A stretch of DNA of 64,000 nt. Origin: a virus (taxonomy: Duplodnaviria; Caudoviricetes). The position numbers and the translations under genes are program-made. The stretch lies in the IMG/VR virus record IMGVR_UViG_3300020331_000002. One strand, given 5' to 3'. Below, in pieces: positions 9,282-19,197 of this stretch. The number at the start of each line of letters is the position of its first letter. Position 1 is the stretch's first letter. Below the pieces are notes generated by a model. The model was given only the letters and a program-made list of their open reading frames with translations, made no database searches and was not told the DNA's origin.

Positions 9282-11276
9282 TTATGATCTAATTTGGATG
9301 CCGCTTACTGCGTCGCCTGCTTCTAATTTAATCCTTACGTACACTTTATTGTCAGTGGCGTTTGTAGAACTCTGTGTACCGAATGTGCAAGTGAAAGTAC
9401 CTGTTGAACCTGTTGCTATGCTACCCAACGCACACCCAGGGTTAGGTACGCCGGATCCGCTGTATAGTTGGTACATGTCCCACCATCCTGCAACGCCTGG
9501 TAGTTGCACCTCTATGCCTGAATACGAGCCTGTAATCTGTATATCGAATAACGATACGGCTGTTCGTCTAAACTCAAACGTAAGATATTGGGTTGAGTTT
9601 TTGTTGCTGTAATCAGGACCAGCTGGTAGATAGCCACTTGTGTAATCAGTGTTGTCGTGTTTTAAAATACCACCGACCACTGAAGCTTCATCCGGTGCGG
9701 TACTAGCTGATGAATCCCAAGCAGAAAAATCACTGCCGTTTACTCGATAACCGTCTGTAGCGGCACCTGAAGGAATACTCCCCAACGATGCTGATACTGG
9801 TATTTGCATTTCAATAACAGGGCCTGAGCTTGTCGGTGTAGGGTTACCTGACATCACAAGTAAGGTCTCTGCTACGTTCGCTTTAGAGGATGTTTTATCC
9901 GGGTTATGCGATACTAGACCGAGCTTACTAGTGCTATGTATATTGCCGCCTATCGTAAACACTGCACCTGTAAATGACGCACTTGCCAAGTCCTTATCAA
10001 ATATAGCAGGTAGGCCATTTGAGCCAGGATTAATAGATACATTAGATCCTGTTCCGTTTGTTGCGCTGATAACGAACACCCCGGATGATTTATATGCGTT
10101 AGTGGCCAAGTTAGTACCGGTTCCGTCTAGCGTAATAGTCGTGCCGTTTACATAATGCGGTATACCGGAAGACTGTGTTAATACGGAATTCGTCACAGTA
10201 TACGAATCGATAGTTGCTGTGGTATCAGGTGCAACCGTGTCATACAACACATGCGCTGTATTAGTCTCGCCAGTTTCACTGTGCAAGAGTTTGGCTTGGT
10301 TTAAACCAACTGACATGTTTACACCGCGCATACGCGCACTCAAGTCTTGGAAGAAGCCTGGTGTAGTAGCAGGATAGTCGTTATTGGCCGTGATGGTAAG
10401 CGACGCGTCAGTACCACTATTATCGGTACCGTCTAGTGTAACAGATCCGTCTACTACACCGTTTATCACAGCATCAAGCACACCGCTATTGCCAGAACCG
10501 AAGCCACTGATAATAGAAGTTTGCGGAACAGACGTGGTGCGTGATGGTATATCATCACCAGCAGCAGGACCCGAACCAGTATTGTCGATATAATTGTTCG
10601 CATATTTTAGGCCGTTCGTGTTACCGAACGTAAGTGTTTTGGTACTAAGTAGAGCAGGCGCGTCAGGCAATAACAACCCGACGATTTCATTCAGACTGTC
10701 AAACGCGTCTACTATTCTACTAGTACTTAGTAGGCCTTGAACAGCAGGAGTCTTGCCGCCTGCTATCCTCGGCGCATCAAAGTCACCGTCTTGCGGCAAT
10801 GCACCAAACACAGGAACGGCTTGTCCGCCTGTTCCGGTTGGCATGTCTACAGCGACCCAGGTTCCGCTTGCTGCGTCGTACGATAATACTTGTCCGTCTG
10901 TTGCTGCCGGGAATTGATCCACGGCTACCCAAGCCGAGTTGGTTGCATCCCAAGCAAGGACCTGACCGTCTGCGACATTGGTTGGCATTTGAACAGAGCT
11001 GTCTGACACTGCTACCCATTGGGCGCCATCCCATTTAATTATGTCATTGACGTTTACACCAACCGGTACATTGCCGCCAGTACCCGACGCGGTCAGTAAC
11101 ACGAGGTTGTTATTTGCATCAACACCAACAACCTGGTTTGGTGTAGCCGTATCTTTACCCAGTACGTTTAACTCACGTAAACCGACCGCGCTTTCTTGAA
11201 TGTCTTCGGAGGCAACGCCACCGTCTTTAATTACTTCGGAGGTTACCCTTGTTAATCCTCGTCTAGCCATAGTCAT
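9282..11276 (-). CDS. Virion structural/fibre protein
   Basis: 664 aa; three GQVLxWD..xWVAV-type repeats followed by a C-terminal region paralogous to 7179..9269. Confidence 0.65.
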   Translation of the reverse strand: MTMARRGLTRVTSEVIKDGGVASEDIQESAVGLRELNVLGKDTATPNQVVGVDANNNLVLLTASGTGGNVPVGVNVNDIIKWDGAQWVAVSDSSVQMPTNVADGQVLAWDATNSAWVAVDQFPAATDGQVLSYDAASGTWVAVDMPTGTGGQAVPVFGALPQDGDFDAPRIAGGKTPAVQGLLSTSRIVDAFDSLNEIVGLLLPDAPALLSTKTLTFGNTNGLKYANNYIDNTGSGPAAGDDIPSRTTSVPQTSIISGFGSGNSGVLDAVINGVVDGSVTLDGTDNSGTDASLTITANNDYPATTPGFFQDLSARMRGVNMSVGLNQAKLLHSETGETNTAHVLYDTVAPDTTATIDSYTVTNSVLTQSSGIPHYVNGTTITLDGTGTNLATNAYKSSGVFVISATNGTGSNVSINPGSNGLPAIFDKDLASASFTGAVFTIGGNIHSTSKLGLVSHNPDKTSSKANVAETLLVMSGNPTPTSSGPVIEMQIPVSASLGSIPSGAATDGYRVNGSDFSAWDSSASTAPDEASVVGGILKHDNTDYTSGYLPAGPDYSNKNSTQYLTFEFRRTAVSLFDIQITGSYSGIEVQLPGVAGWWDMYQLYSGSGVPNPGCALGSIATGSTGTFTCTFGTQSSTNATDNKVYVRIKLEAGDAVSGIQIRS

Positions 11277-12832
11277 TAATCCTTATACATATTGATAATT
11301 GACCAACCAGTGCCGTTGTGATACAGCGTTACTGATGCGTATGGCTGCGTAAGTGTTAGCGACACCTGTCCATCAATTGGCTGATTAGCGTTAATCGTTA
11401 TATTACCAGTGCCCGCAACGTCTTTGATAGTCAATTGCTTGCCTGCATCAGCGATCATCATATTCGGTAATGTGATTACTGTGTTGGGCTGTGTAACACT
11501 TATTACCCCGTCAAGAGGGTCTGCGGTGTAAGCAGAGGTAGACACACTAACGTGGCCACCAGTAAGTCTGTTGCTGATTTCGATTACATCATTGACCACA
11601 CGCATACACAATCCGGGGCCAGTGCGTAGTGTTCTGATATCACCGTCTTGGTTGACTAGCTGATATCCATTTCCTGCGTTGCTTACTGCTAATTGTGTAG
11701 GCGCAGTAATGTCGCGACCGATTACCAAGTCGCCATTTACGTCAACATCTATGCGAATATCATCAGCAGCCGAAATCGACGGCACGTCTGGTATCGCATT
11801 AATTTGGTTTTTTAGTGCCTGTGATAAAGCAAAGTCAACAGTATCGGCATTCTCGGTCACGATTATATCATCATCGCCCCGCATTCTACGCATATGAAGT
11901 TCATAGCCAGTCTTAGTTCTACGCAACTCCTTGAGGTTTCGAGCCCCGTCTTCGGTTATATAGAACGCCGCCATTGCACAGGCGCAGCCGTCAGTATCAT
12001 CCACGTTGGACTCAAACGTAATGCCCAGTATTTCAACCTCTGTCTGGTTGGCTGGTATCTCATTTAGTCTGAATATAGTAGATCCGTCAGTCTGCGGTAT
12101 TACTTCAAAGGTTTGTCTACCTTGTTTAATACCATCTAGTGTCAATATAATCTTAGAGCCAATTGCTGACCACGGCACCACAAAGTCAGAGGTCGCACCA
12201 TCAGCGACATAGTTGGCAACCGAGAATGTATTGTTAGGATAACCACGTAGACCGAATACCTCTATCTCAACGCCGACCGGAATGTCTTCGACAAATCGTA
12301 TTGCTGATTGACCGTCTGCCGGATAGTATAGATCATATGCGCCGATGTGCTGTATGACACCATCTAGTGTCACTATTAGCGAAGCGGTATTAGTCGCATA
12401 CCACGGCAACCCAAAGTCGCGTTGGCCACCAGGCGCTACTCGTGTGAAAAGGCCAAGTCGCGACGGTGTTAAAGTTTGGAACCCGTAAACTTCTAGTCGT
12501 TGGCCTTCTACTAAATTCTCACTGAACTCTAATACAGTAACCGAGTCGCCGATGTTTATAGAGAATGAGTCAGCGTGTTGCTTAACACCGTCAATAGTAA
12601 CAAGCAAACTCGTCGTAGAGATCGCGCTCCAAGGCAATGTGAACCTTGATTCGTTGCTCATCACATCTAGTTGGAAACATTCAATAGTTTCACTTATTGT
12701 TGGTTCTTTGGTACCGCCTGGTACTTCAGGCAAGGTACCGCCATGCTCGCCCGATAAAACAAGACAGCCTTCTGCCATGATCTTTAAAGCGAGTGATTGA
12801 CTGTAAAGAGTGTTGCATGCATTAATAGCCAT
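11276..12832 (-). CDS. Virion structural protein with three internal repeats
   Basis: 518 aa; three F.[LV]PW..L.[VL]T[IL]DG[VI].Q repeats; C-terminal ITLP..GKQLTIKD..IDGQ..YASVTL fibre-tip-like domain. Confidence 0.6.
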   Translation of the reverse strand: MAINACNTLYSQSLALKIMAEGCLVLSGEHGGTLPEVPGGTKEPTISETIECFQLDVMSNESRFTLPWSAISTTSLLVTIDGVKQHADSFSINIGDSVTVLEFSENLVEGQRLEVYGFQTLTPSRLGLFTRVAPGGQRDFGLPWYATNTASLIVTLDGVIQHIGAYDLYYPADGQSAIRFVEDIPVGVEIEVFGLRGYPNNTFSVANYVADGATSDFVVPWSAIGSKIILTLDGIKQGRQTFEVIPQTDGSTIFRLNEIPANQTEVEILGITFESNVDDTDGCACAMAAFYITEDGARNLKELRRTKTGYELHMRRMRGDDDIIVTENADTVDFALSQALKNQINAIPDVPSISAADDIRIDVDVNGDLVIGRDITAPTQLAVSNAGNGYQLVNQDGDIRTLRTGPGLCMRVVNDVIEISNRLTGGHVSVSTSAYTADPLDGVISVTQPNTVITLPNMMIADAGKQLTIKDVAGTGNITINANQPIDGQVSLTLTQPYASVTLYHNGTGWSIINMYKD

Positions 12833-12843
12833 GTGTCACCTCC

Positions 12844-13257
12844 TTATAGACTTAACAGAACTTTGTCTATCGCACCGTGTGTAAGCTTGAGATCAGGTAT
12901 CTGTAAACTGTCAGTGCTTATGTAACTTCTGTCTTGCACAAAGCGTAAGAATGTAAAGTTACCGCAGAAGGTAAATGCCGCAACGCCAGACTCAGGGTCA
13001 TCGTTTAACGGGAATTCGATGAAGGCGCCGTCACAAGAACACGTATAGCCTCGTAACGTTATATCAAACCAATCGTCGTCGTCTGGGTTTAGTGAAAGGG
13101 TGCCTTGTATCTTTATACGGCCTATGAAATCCTGATAGTGGATAGACACGGTGTGCAGGCCATCTACACTACCGTACCATCCGTCAGCGCGTACACGCTC
13201 ACCTACATAATTCCATTCTTGACCTGTATTAGATGTAAGAAGAACGGGTTGTCTCAT
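12844..13257 (-). CDS. Conserved phage protein, probably structural; first gene of the putative late operon
   Basis: 137 aa; DGWYG..DGLHTVS..FIGRIKIQGTL..DWFDI pattern; preceded by a TAAATA motif. Confidence 0.5.
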   Translation of the reverse strand: MRQPVLLTSNTGQEWNYVGERVRADGWYGSVDGLHTVSIHYQDFIGRIKIQGTLSLNPDDDDWFDITLRGYTCSCDGAFIEFPLNDDPESGVAAFTFCGNFTFLRFVQDRSYISTDSLQIPDLKLTHGAIDKVLLSL

Positions 13258-13290
13258 TGGGTATCCTACTAGAAAGTTTTATCTTTCCAG

Positions 13291-13296
13291 TATTTA
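13291..13296 (-). promoter_or_regulatory. TAAATA putative late promoter for the structural operon
   Basis: CTAAATA in a 53-bp gap, 34 nt before the ATG at 13257. Confidence 0.55.
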
Positions 13297-13310
13297 GTGA
13301 TACCATTTTA

Positions 13311-14156
13311 TTAGCTGGCTACTAGGCCGTATTGTATTACCGCTAGTGTTAGTGATTCTTTCGGGATTCCTAGTACGGTGATATCGTCTAGATGAAGCTC
13401 GATGGCATCACGTAGTTCGTTAGGTAGTTGCCCTTTGTTCATGTCATGATCCATGATATAACAACCGTAGCGATAGAAGTCCATTAAATCAGCTTTGGAT
13501 GGCATAAACACAGGCTTGCCCATAGTGATAGTCCAGCCTGTACTTTCTAATTTAGATTCAGTCATACCATTACAACGACTGATCACAGTGTTAGGTATAC
13601 CGATAGTGGTCTCGTCACGGACTAGTTTCACCACCGTCTCGTAGTCTTCTTTAAAGTTAAGCACAACAATGGCGTTGGCCATTCGCATACATATCTCGTC
13701 ATTGCGCTTATCATTATGAAGTCCAAATGTACGGTAATGTGCTATGATATAGAAGCTGCCTGAATCAGGATCCAGCTTTAAGATGTCGAGTGTACCGTTC
13801 ATCATACGCAGGTAATACTTTTCGTCACCGTTTTGGTATGCAACATTACCATCAACGCCGGTATTCACATACATTAAGTCGGATGCGATTTTTAATTTGC
13901 CGTCGAAGTCGTCTTCCCGTACTGCCGCTAAAAAGGTTTTAGAACTGCGGTACATCTTTACGCGCGGTGATTTGAATTGTTGCTCAATCACATATGATGC
14001 GCCGCGCACCCACTTTTCTACGCGTGCGGTGTGGTTCTTCAAATCTAGTACCTCTGCAGGTGATAGATAAGAAGTCTCCTTTTTGTGCACGTCGAGTAAG
14101 GTAGTCAAGCAAGCAATAAACGACGGTATCGATTTTGTATACTGTTTTTGATGCAT
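13311..14156 (-). CDS. Hypothetical protein, C-terminal-motif array (ends KESLTLAVIQYGLVAS)
   Basis: 281-aa ORF, last gene of the tandem array. Confidence 0.75.
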   Translation of the reverse strand: MHQKQYTKSIPSFIACLTTLLDVHKKETSYLSPAEVLDLKNHTARVEKWVRGASYVIEQQFKSPRVKMYRSSKTFLAAVREDDFDGKLKIASDLMYVNTGVDGNVAYQNGDEKYYLRMMNGTLDILKLDPDSGSFYIIAHYRTFGLHNDKRNDEICMRMANAIVVLNFKEDYETVVKLVRDETTIGIPNTVISRCNGMTESKLESTGWTITMGKPVFMPSKADLMDFYRYGCYIMDHDMNKGQLPNELRDAIELHLDDITVLGIPKESLTLAVIQYGLVAS

Positions 14157-14158
14157 AA

Positions 14159-15025
14159 TTAATCCACTACTTGGTACTGATCCTCAATACCGTTTAATTT
14201 GACTTGTGCTATTATATTGTTTTTAACCTCGTCGTCAAGGTTTTTAACGCGGCCAAGCTCATTTATGTTGATAGTTTGGTTATAAGAATATCCGTGATCG
14301 TTTAATAGTTCGCTTGTCTTTGGTTTTGCCACATCACTTATGTACTCTACGGTGCTATCAAGCAACGGACCGTAACGTCTGAGTACCAGCCATCCTTTCT
14401 TATACTCGATACCATGAGTCCCAAAGCTATGGTCTATCAATGCCAGCTTCGAGTTACCGTCAGTGATATCACTATCCGGGACTTCTTCACAGTATTGAAT
14501 TGTATCAACACGACCCGTCTGCGCGACAGTATGGTACCGCACAAACTTTCTGTCGCTGCGCACTACTAGCGAACAATTACCGACTGTGCCTTTGACTGCG
14601 TGTATCTCATAGCTCGGACTGTCATCAACACCTGCCGGTGTAAGATTCATTTTGGTAGACACGTCTGGACTGCCTGCTCGGTCGGCTGTGCGCGTTATTG
14701 TTATGAAGCATTTCCCGGACTCAGGAAACCCGGTGCTAATCCTCATGATACGCCGTATGGCACTAAATGCGACAACGTTTATCTTTGCGCCGGAACTTGT
14801 GGTGAATTTAGACTTAGTACCACGCAATATTGGCTCATTCAATTCGTTCCATTCAAACTCGCTTTCTACATAGTCAAAAAATAGGTTAGCAGCCGTGTTC
14901 ACTTGTACTATCATGTGGCGCAGTTTGGCAGCATCTGTAGCCGGGTGTTCTAGCGAAAATACCGTTTCAAGTCTCCTAACAATAATCTTTAGGTTAGCTT
15001 CGGCGATATCAAGAATACTTTCCAT
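14159..15025 (-). CDS. Hypothetical protein, C-terminal-motif array (LDDEVKNNIIAQVKLNG)
   Basis: 288 aa; TAATG-coupled to the upstream gene; C-terminal third resembles 15025..15858. Confidence 0.75.
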   Translation of the reverse strand: MESILDIAEANLKIIVRRLETVFSLEHPATDAAKLRHMIVQVNTAANLFFDYVESEFEWNELNEPILRGTKSKFTTSSGAKINVVAFSAIRRIMRISTGFPESGKCFITITRTADRAGSPDVSTKMNLTPAGVDDSPSYEIHAVKGTVGNCSLVVRSDRKFVRYHTVAQTGRVDTIQYCEEVPDSDITDGNSKLALIDHSFGTHGIEYKKGWLVLRRYGPLLDSTVEYISDVAKPKTSELLNDHGYSYNQTININELGRVKNLDDEVKNNIIAQVKLNGIEDQYQVVD

Positions 15026-15858
15026 TATTTTAAGTCTCCCCTAAGACGCAATTTCGCTATAGTTGCAACCTTTTCTTCATCGGATAAATTGTCAATCTCC
15101 ATGAAGCGATTGGCGCCTACTATGACACGGTACTGGTTGTTAAATACACCATCCAAGTCGCCTGCGACAGAGGTCAATAACGGTACCACATCCGGTGTTA
15201 TCTCGTCTACTATTCTTAACTTACTACTGTCCGCATGCTTAGTCACCAACCACCCGTTGATGTGCTTGACCGGAAGAGCCGGATCCTGCGGGTAGACTGC
15301 GCAACATGACACCGGCATGCCTCGTTCATCTTTGTCCGGCTCTTCTATCCTGTATACCAAGAGTGAAGTGTCTCCCATATACATGATGTGTGTTTCACCT
15401 GGGCTACGTAATACGACTGATGCACCGCGGTGCGGTTCGCGTGCTACAAAGCATGATATATTGTTTCCAGTAGATTCAAACCCGTATAAGGTAATCTCTG
15501 AATCCATAACGAAGCTTACTATACGGTCTGGCTTGTAAGTGTAATCAGGCGGCACTGTGCTATGCGCTGCGGCGATTACATTCGCAGTAGTAAAACGGTA
15601 ATAGTCAACTGTTTTTCTAAGCGTGGTGAGTGACTTGCTGGTAAAATATGCGGTGCCTTGTATATCACCGCGTGTCACGTCCCAGTACATGGTACCCATC
15701 GAATGCAAGGCAGTAACGCACCCAATTAAATCAAGAATGGTACCCGATATGGTATCTTTGATAGTTGTGCTTTTTATTGTAGCTAGCGAATCTTTGAGTA
15801 CAGCAGGGGCTTCAAGAACTGCCTCTGCTATTACTCTATCCATAGACGTAGTAGTCAT
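15025..15858 (-). CDS. Hypothetical protein, C-terminal-motif array (LSDEEKVATIAKLRLRG)
   Basis: 277 aa; ATGA-coupled. Confidence 0.75.
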   Translation of the reverse strand: MTTTSMDRVIAEAVLEAPAVLKDSLATIKSTTIKDTISGTILDLIGCVTALHSMGTMYWDVTRGDIQGTAYFTSKSLTTLRKTVDYYRFTTANVIAAAHSTVPPDYTYKPDRIVSFVMDSEITLYGFESTGNNISCFVAREPHRGASVVLRSPGETHIMYMGDTSLLVYRIEEPDKDERGMPVSCCAVYPQDPALPVKHINGWLVTKHADSSKLRIVDEITPDVVPLLTSVAGDLDGVFNNQYRVIVGANRFMEIDNLSDEEKVATIAKLRLRGDLK

Positions 15859-16601
15859 ACCATCCCCTGTATACGTAACATAGGCAGTGCTATATTATTG
15901 GCTAGTAAAGGTTCATATGTCGCTACTACTGATTTCAAACTATAGTACTCCACCCGCTCAATCAACCACCTGTGAACTGTCTTTAGTTCAACCGAGTCGC
16001 TGATTTTTTTCTTTTCCTGTGTTACTGCGTTGCTGTCTAATGTGTTGAAATCAAATTCAGTAGACCACGACACCCGATCAACATCACGGTTTTGCTCAGA
16101 CGTAATTTTAATAAAACCTTGCTCCGTTGTTCCGATTGTGTCTGTCACCGTAAACGAACCGTGGTAGCCGTGAGCCGGCACCACAAGATTATAACTAAGG
16201 TAACGATCACGTTCCATATCTTTAATGATGAACTTGCTATTGTTTAATAAAGCAGTGTACTTGAGCGCCCCTCTACTATAAAGGTTAACTACATGGCTAG
16301 TAACTGTTCCGCGCTTGTACTCCACATCGTATTGGGTAACAGGAGGCTTTGTTTGCTTAGCCGAGTTTCTAAGGCACCTATGATGCATGTGCATCATCAT
16401 CGCAACCATTGGACGTTTCTGCTTGTTGTGAAAGTTAAGGAACGCCCAGCGCACGAACAACATTAGACGCGATTCGTCTGAATTTGGCAGAGACTTTAAT
16501 GGCTTTCTAAAGCTGCGCGTTTTGTTATGCGCCGATGCTTGATAAGCCTTAGTCGGCAAATATACGTCGTCCCATATATGATTAATCATCTCATATCCCA
16601 A
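15855..16601 (-). CDS. Hypothetical protein, C-terminal-motif array (LPMLRIQGMV)
   Basis: 248 aa; the true start may be 16589 (ATGA overlap). Confidence 0.75.
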   Translation of the reverse strand: MGYEMINHIWDDVYLPTKAYQASAHNKTRSFRKPLKSLPNSDESRLMLFVRWAFLNFHNKQKRPMVAMMMHMHHRCLRNSAKQTKPPVTQYDVEYKRGTVTSHVVNLYSRGALKYTALLNNSKFIIKDMERDRYLSYNLVVPAHGYHGSFTVTDTIGTTEQGFIKITSEQNRDVDRVSWSTEFDFNTLDSNAVTQEKKKISDSVELKTVHRWLIERVEYYSLKSVVATYEPLLANNIALPMLRIQGMV

Positions 16602-17413
16602 TTTAATAATGCGTTACTTATTACTTCTTTTGAACAGAAGCCTCGTACCAATACCAATAAGTCACGTATGTTACCGAACGTCCTTATTTCATCACTACTG
16701 TCACGGTAAATCCACATAGAGCTAGTGAGTGTGAATTCTCCAGTATCGGAGTCATACGCGTAAGAGTGGTAATTCTTATCTAGTGTGTTCCAGTCAATTA
16801 CCGTAGTCCATATCGAGTACGACACCAACTTCGAAGGGAACCCGTCTCTAGTTGTGCCTTTATAGTTCATACGGTAAACTGACGTTTCTTTATAGCTGCG
16901 CCTAGAAGTAACAGTAAATTCCATTAGCCCTGTGCTAAACAGGCCACCTCGTATGAATTCTACCAAGACCACAGCAAAACCATCACCGGTAGCCATTTCT
17001 GTTAACGTTACGCCCCTATGCGTCGAATAATACACATTGTATACAAGTCGATCCTTAAAGTAAACATCAATATCAATGCCATATTCTCTAGCAGTCTGGT
17101 AGTGTACCTGTACCGTAATGTGGTAGTCGGTGTTGAAAGAAGTTTCTTCTTTTCCTATAGTCGTATTCATAACCTTTTCGACTGATCCGCCACCGCATAC
17201 TGCATAAAAGGACTTGAGCATGCGTTCTTTTAAGAGCCATGTACTGAGCGCGATGTCAGAACTATTCCCTTGTTTATTCTTCCTTAGTAGTGCACGACAC
17301 ACGGCGTACCAGGTTTTGCCATCTAATACTTGACTATACACATTATGCGAGTTCGTGGCGTGTTCGTGCATTGTAGAGAACAAATTACCAAACAGTTTCA
17401 AGTCAACATCCAT
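16586..17413 (-). CDS. Hypothetical protein, array member with a weak motif (SKEVISNALLNW)
   Basis: 275 aa; its start lies in the TAT-GGA codons of the upstream gene. Confidence 0.7.
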   Translation of the reverse strand: MDVDLKLFGNLFSTMHEHATNSHNVYSQVLDGKTWYAVCRALLRKNKQGNSSDIALSTWLLKERMLKSFYAVCGGGSVEKVMNTTIGKEETSFNTDYHITVQVHYQTAREYGIDIDVYFKDRLVYNVYYSTHRGVTLTEMATGDGFAVVLVEFIRGGLFSTGLMEFTVTSRRSYKETSVYRMNYKGTTRDGFPSKLVSYSIWTTVIDWNTLDKNYHSYAYDSDTGEFTLTSSMWIYRDSSDEIRTFGNIRDLLVLVRGFCSKEVISNALLNWDMR

Positions 17414-18347
17414 ACTGTAACCTCATCATAGCCATATCTTCTTCTGGCATTAATACTGTCCCGAGTTTTTCCTGTTCCACTAGTATGCGGCCGATGTGCG
17501 TACGCACAGAGTCGTAGTCGTGCGGGTTGCTAGCTGTAAGCAACCCAGACATAGAGAAGCAATCTATCTCAAGCCCATTATCATCCCGGCGGTATCTTAT
17601 CGCGCCTGCGCGGTATAGCCCCTTCGCCACAATAGTGCCAGTGCCATTAACACGGTAAGCAGAAAATACCGGCCTATTAACAACGATTTCTCGCATGCAC
17701 AATGACGCTGCCGCAGGACAGACTATCGGTATACTACTGAACGGCACTGTGAACTTCGCGGTGACTCGTAAGGCTAGTGTATTAGCGTCTTTTAAGAAAG
17801 GCTTCTCAGAAGGTATTGCGGCCTCTACGTGGTCGCAATTATAACCATCATGACGCAAGTAAATGGCCAATTGCTTGATTCTTTCATATATCGGGATAGC
17901 TGGATGGCCGGTAATCGTGTACTCGATACTAGACGTTCTCACTATGCCATTCGGGGTTTTTCTGCGCAGTTCGACAGTGACTGAGTAACTTGCCTCTATA
18001 CTAGTACTAACATTCGCAACGTACCGCACTTCAGCTAGGTAGTTCTTGCTAATTTGCCAGGCAACCGTCATACCGACATCAGCCCAATTGGCCTGTCTGG
18101 ACCTTATACTAAAAGTACCCAAGTCGTTTAGCATGAAAGCTTCGTTCAAATTCTTGTAAACGGATAACTTATCTGCTATCGCGGCTATCCCGGTACCTTC
18201 ATCAGAAACAAGTTTCAAAAACATCCAAAAGTCGAACGGTTCATCTGATCCTTTACCGATAGACGCGAAACGATATAATTGTCGGTAATCATTCATTGCG
18301 ATTTCAGCAATAGCAGCACTATGCCTACAAAGTGTTTCAAATACCAT
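17403..18347 (-). CDS. Hypothetical protein, C-terminal-motif array (MPEEDMAMMRLQYGC)
   Basis: 314 aa; 11-nt overlaps on both sides. Confidence 0.75.
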   Translation of the reverse strand: MVFETLCRHSAAIAEIAMNDYRQLYRFASIGKGSDEPFDFWMFLKLVSDEGTGIAAIADKLSVYKNLNEAFMLNDLGTFSIRSRQANWADVGMTVAWQISKNYLAEVRYVANVSTSIEASYSVTVELRRKTPNGIVRTSSIEYTITGHPAIPIYERIKQLAIYLRHDGYNCDHVEAAIPSEKPFLKDANTLALRVTAKFTVPFSSIPIVCPAAASLCMREIVVNRPVFSAYRVNGTGTIVAKGLYRAGAIRYRRDDNGLEIDCFSMSGLLTASNPHDYDSVRTHIGRILVEQEKLGTVLMPEEDMAMMRLQYGC

Positions 18348-19197
18348 AATTGAGAGCCATAATTGTTGCGTCAGTATCGTTTAGTATTCTCAGGCCTGTT
18401 TCATCTTCTGCCTCTCGTACTTCTTTTAAGTGATGCACAGGCGTCAACCAATCACCACTTAATTCGTCGTAGCCGAACCCAGCTCTTTGGTTTACGACAC
18501 GACCTTCAATGTCATAGTCCACTACTGCGCGAACCGGCTTGTACGGATTAATGACATAAAATTTAGTGCCTTTAGAAAACGGATAGTTATCGCCATATAC
18601 AGCAAATGGACGGCGTAGTATTTCCCTTCGCAACAGTATGCCGACGCCGGTGTATTCTTGGTTCTTTGTTAAGTAGCGCCTTGTGTATATGTTTCCCGGA
18701 ACATACGCAGGTATAGCAACATACCGCGACGCGCGAAATTCAACGGCGCCGGCTTTATACACCACCATTGTTAAATGGCGTGTGGCATTTGATCCACGAT
18801 CCACGGCACGGTGCCCGCCTGGCATTGACTTATGAAGACCCATAAACAAGCGTGTACGAGATGTGCGCGGGCTGAGGCGTATAACCGCATCATATCGCTT
18901 GCCGGTACCAAAATCAATACCATCTATGTATATGCCGACTGAGCGTATTCTCTCAGAGTTGCGCACGGTAATATTCAAGTCGCACATTTTGTATTCGTAC
19001 TCAAACCCTTCACCATCGCTATCCGATGCATACGGCAGCGCTTCTAATAATTTTTCAGCAAAGTATCGGACAGTATTCATGCGCCATTCAGTATATGTTT
19101 CATTCATACAGCGCATATAGATCCGCCCAAAGTGTCGCAAGCCGGACATAATAATACCTAGTGTGTGGTGGTTGAATGCTTCGTTTTTAGAAACCAT
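18337..19197 (-). CDS. Hypothetical protein, C-terminal-motif array (LNDTDATIMALNYGI)
   Basis: 286 aa; 11-nt overlaps. Confidence 0.75.
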   Translation of the reverse strand: MVSKNEAFNHHTLGIIMSGLRHFGRIYMRCMNETYTEWRMNTVRYFAEKLLEALPYASDSDGEGFEYEYKMCDLNITVRNSERIRSVGIYIDGIDFGTGKRYDAVIRLSPRTSRTRLFMGLHKSMPGGHRAVDRGSNATRHLTMVVYKAGAVEFRASRYVAIPAYVPGNIYTRRYLTKNQEYTGVGILLRREILRRPFAVYGDNYPFSKGTKFYVINPYKPVRAVVDYDIEGRVVNQRAGFGYDELSGDWLTPVHHLKEVREAEDETGLRILNDTDATIMALNYGI

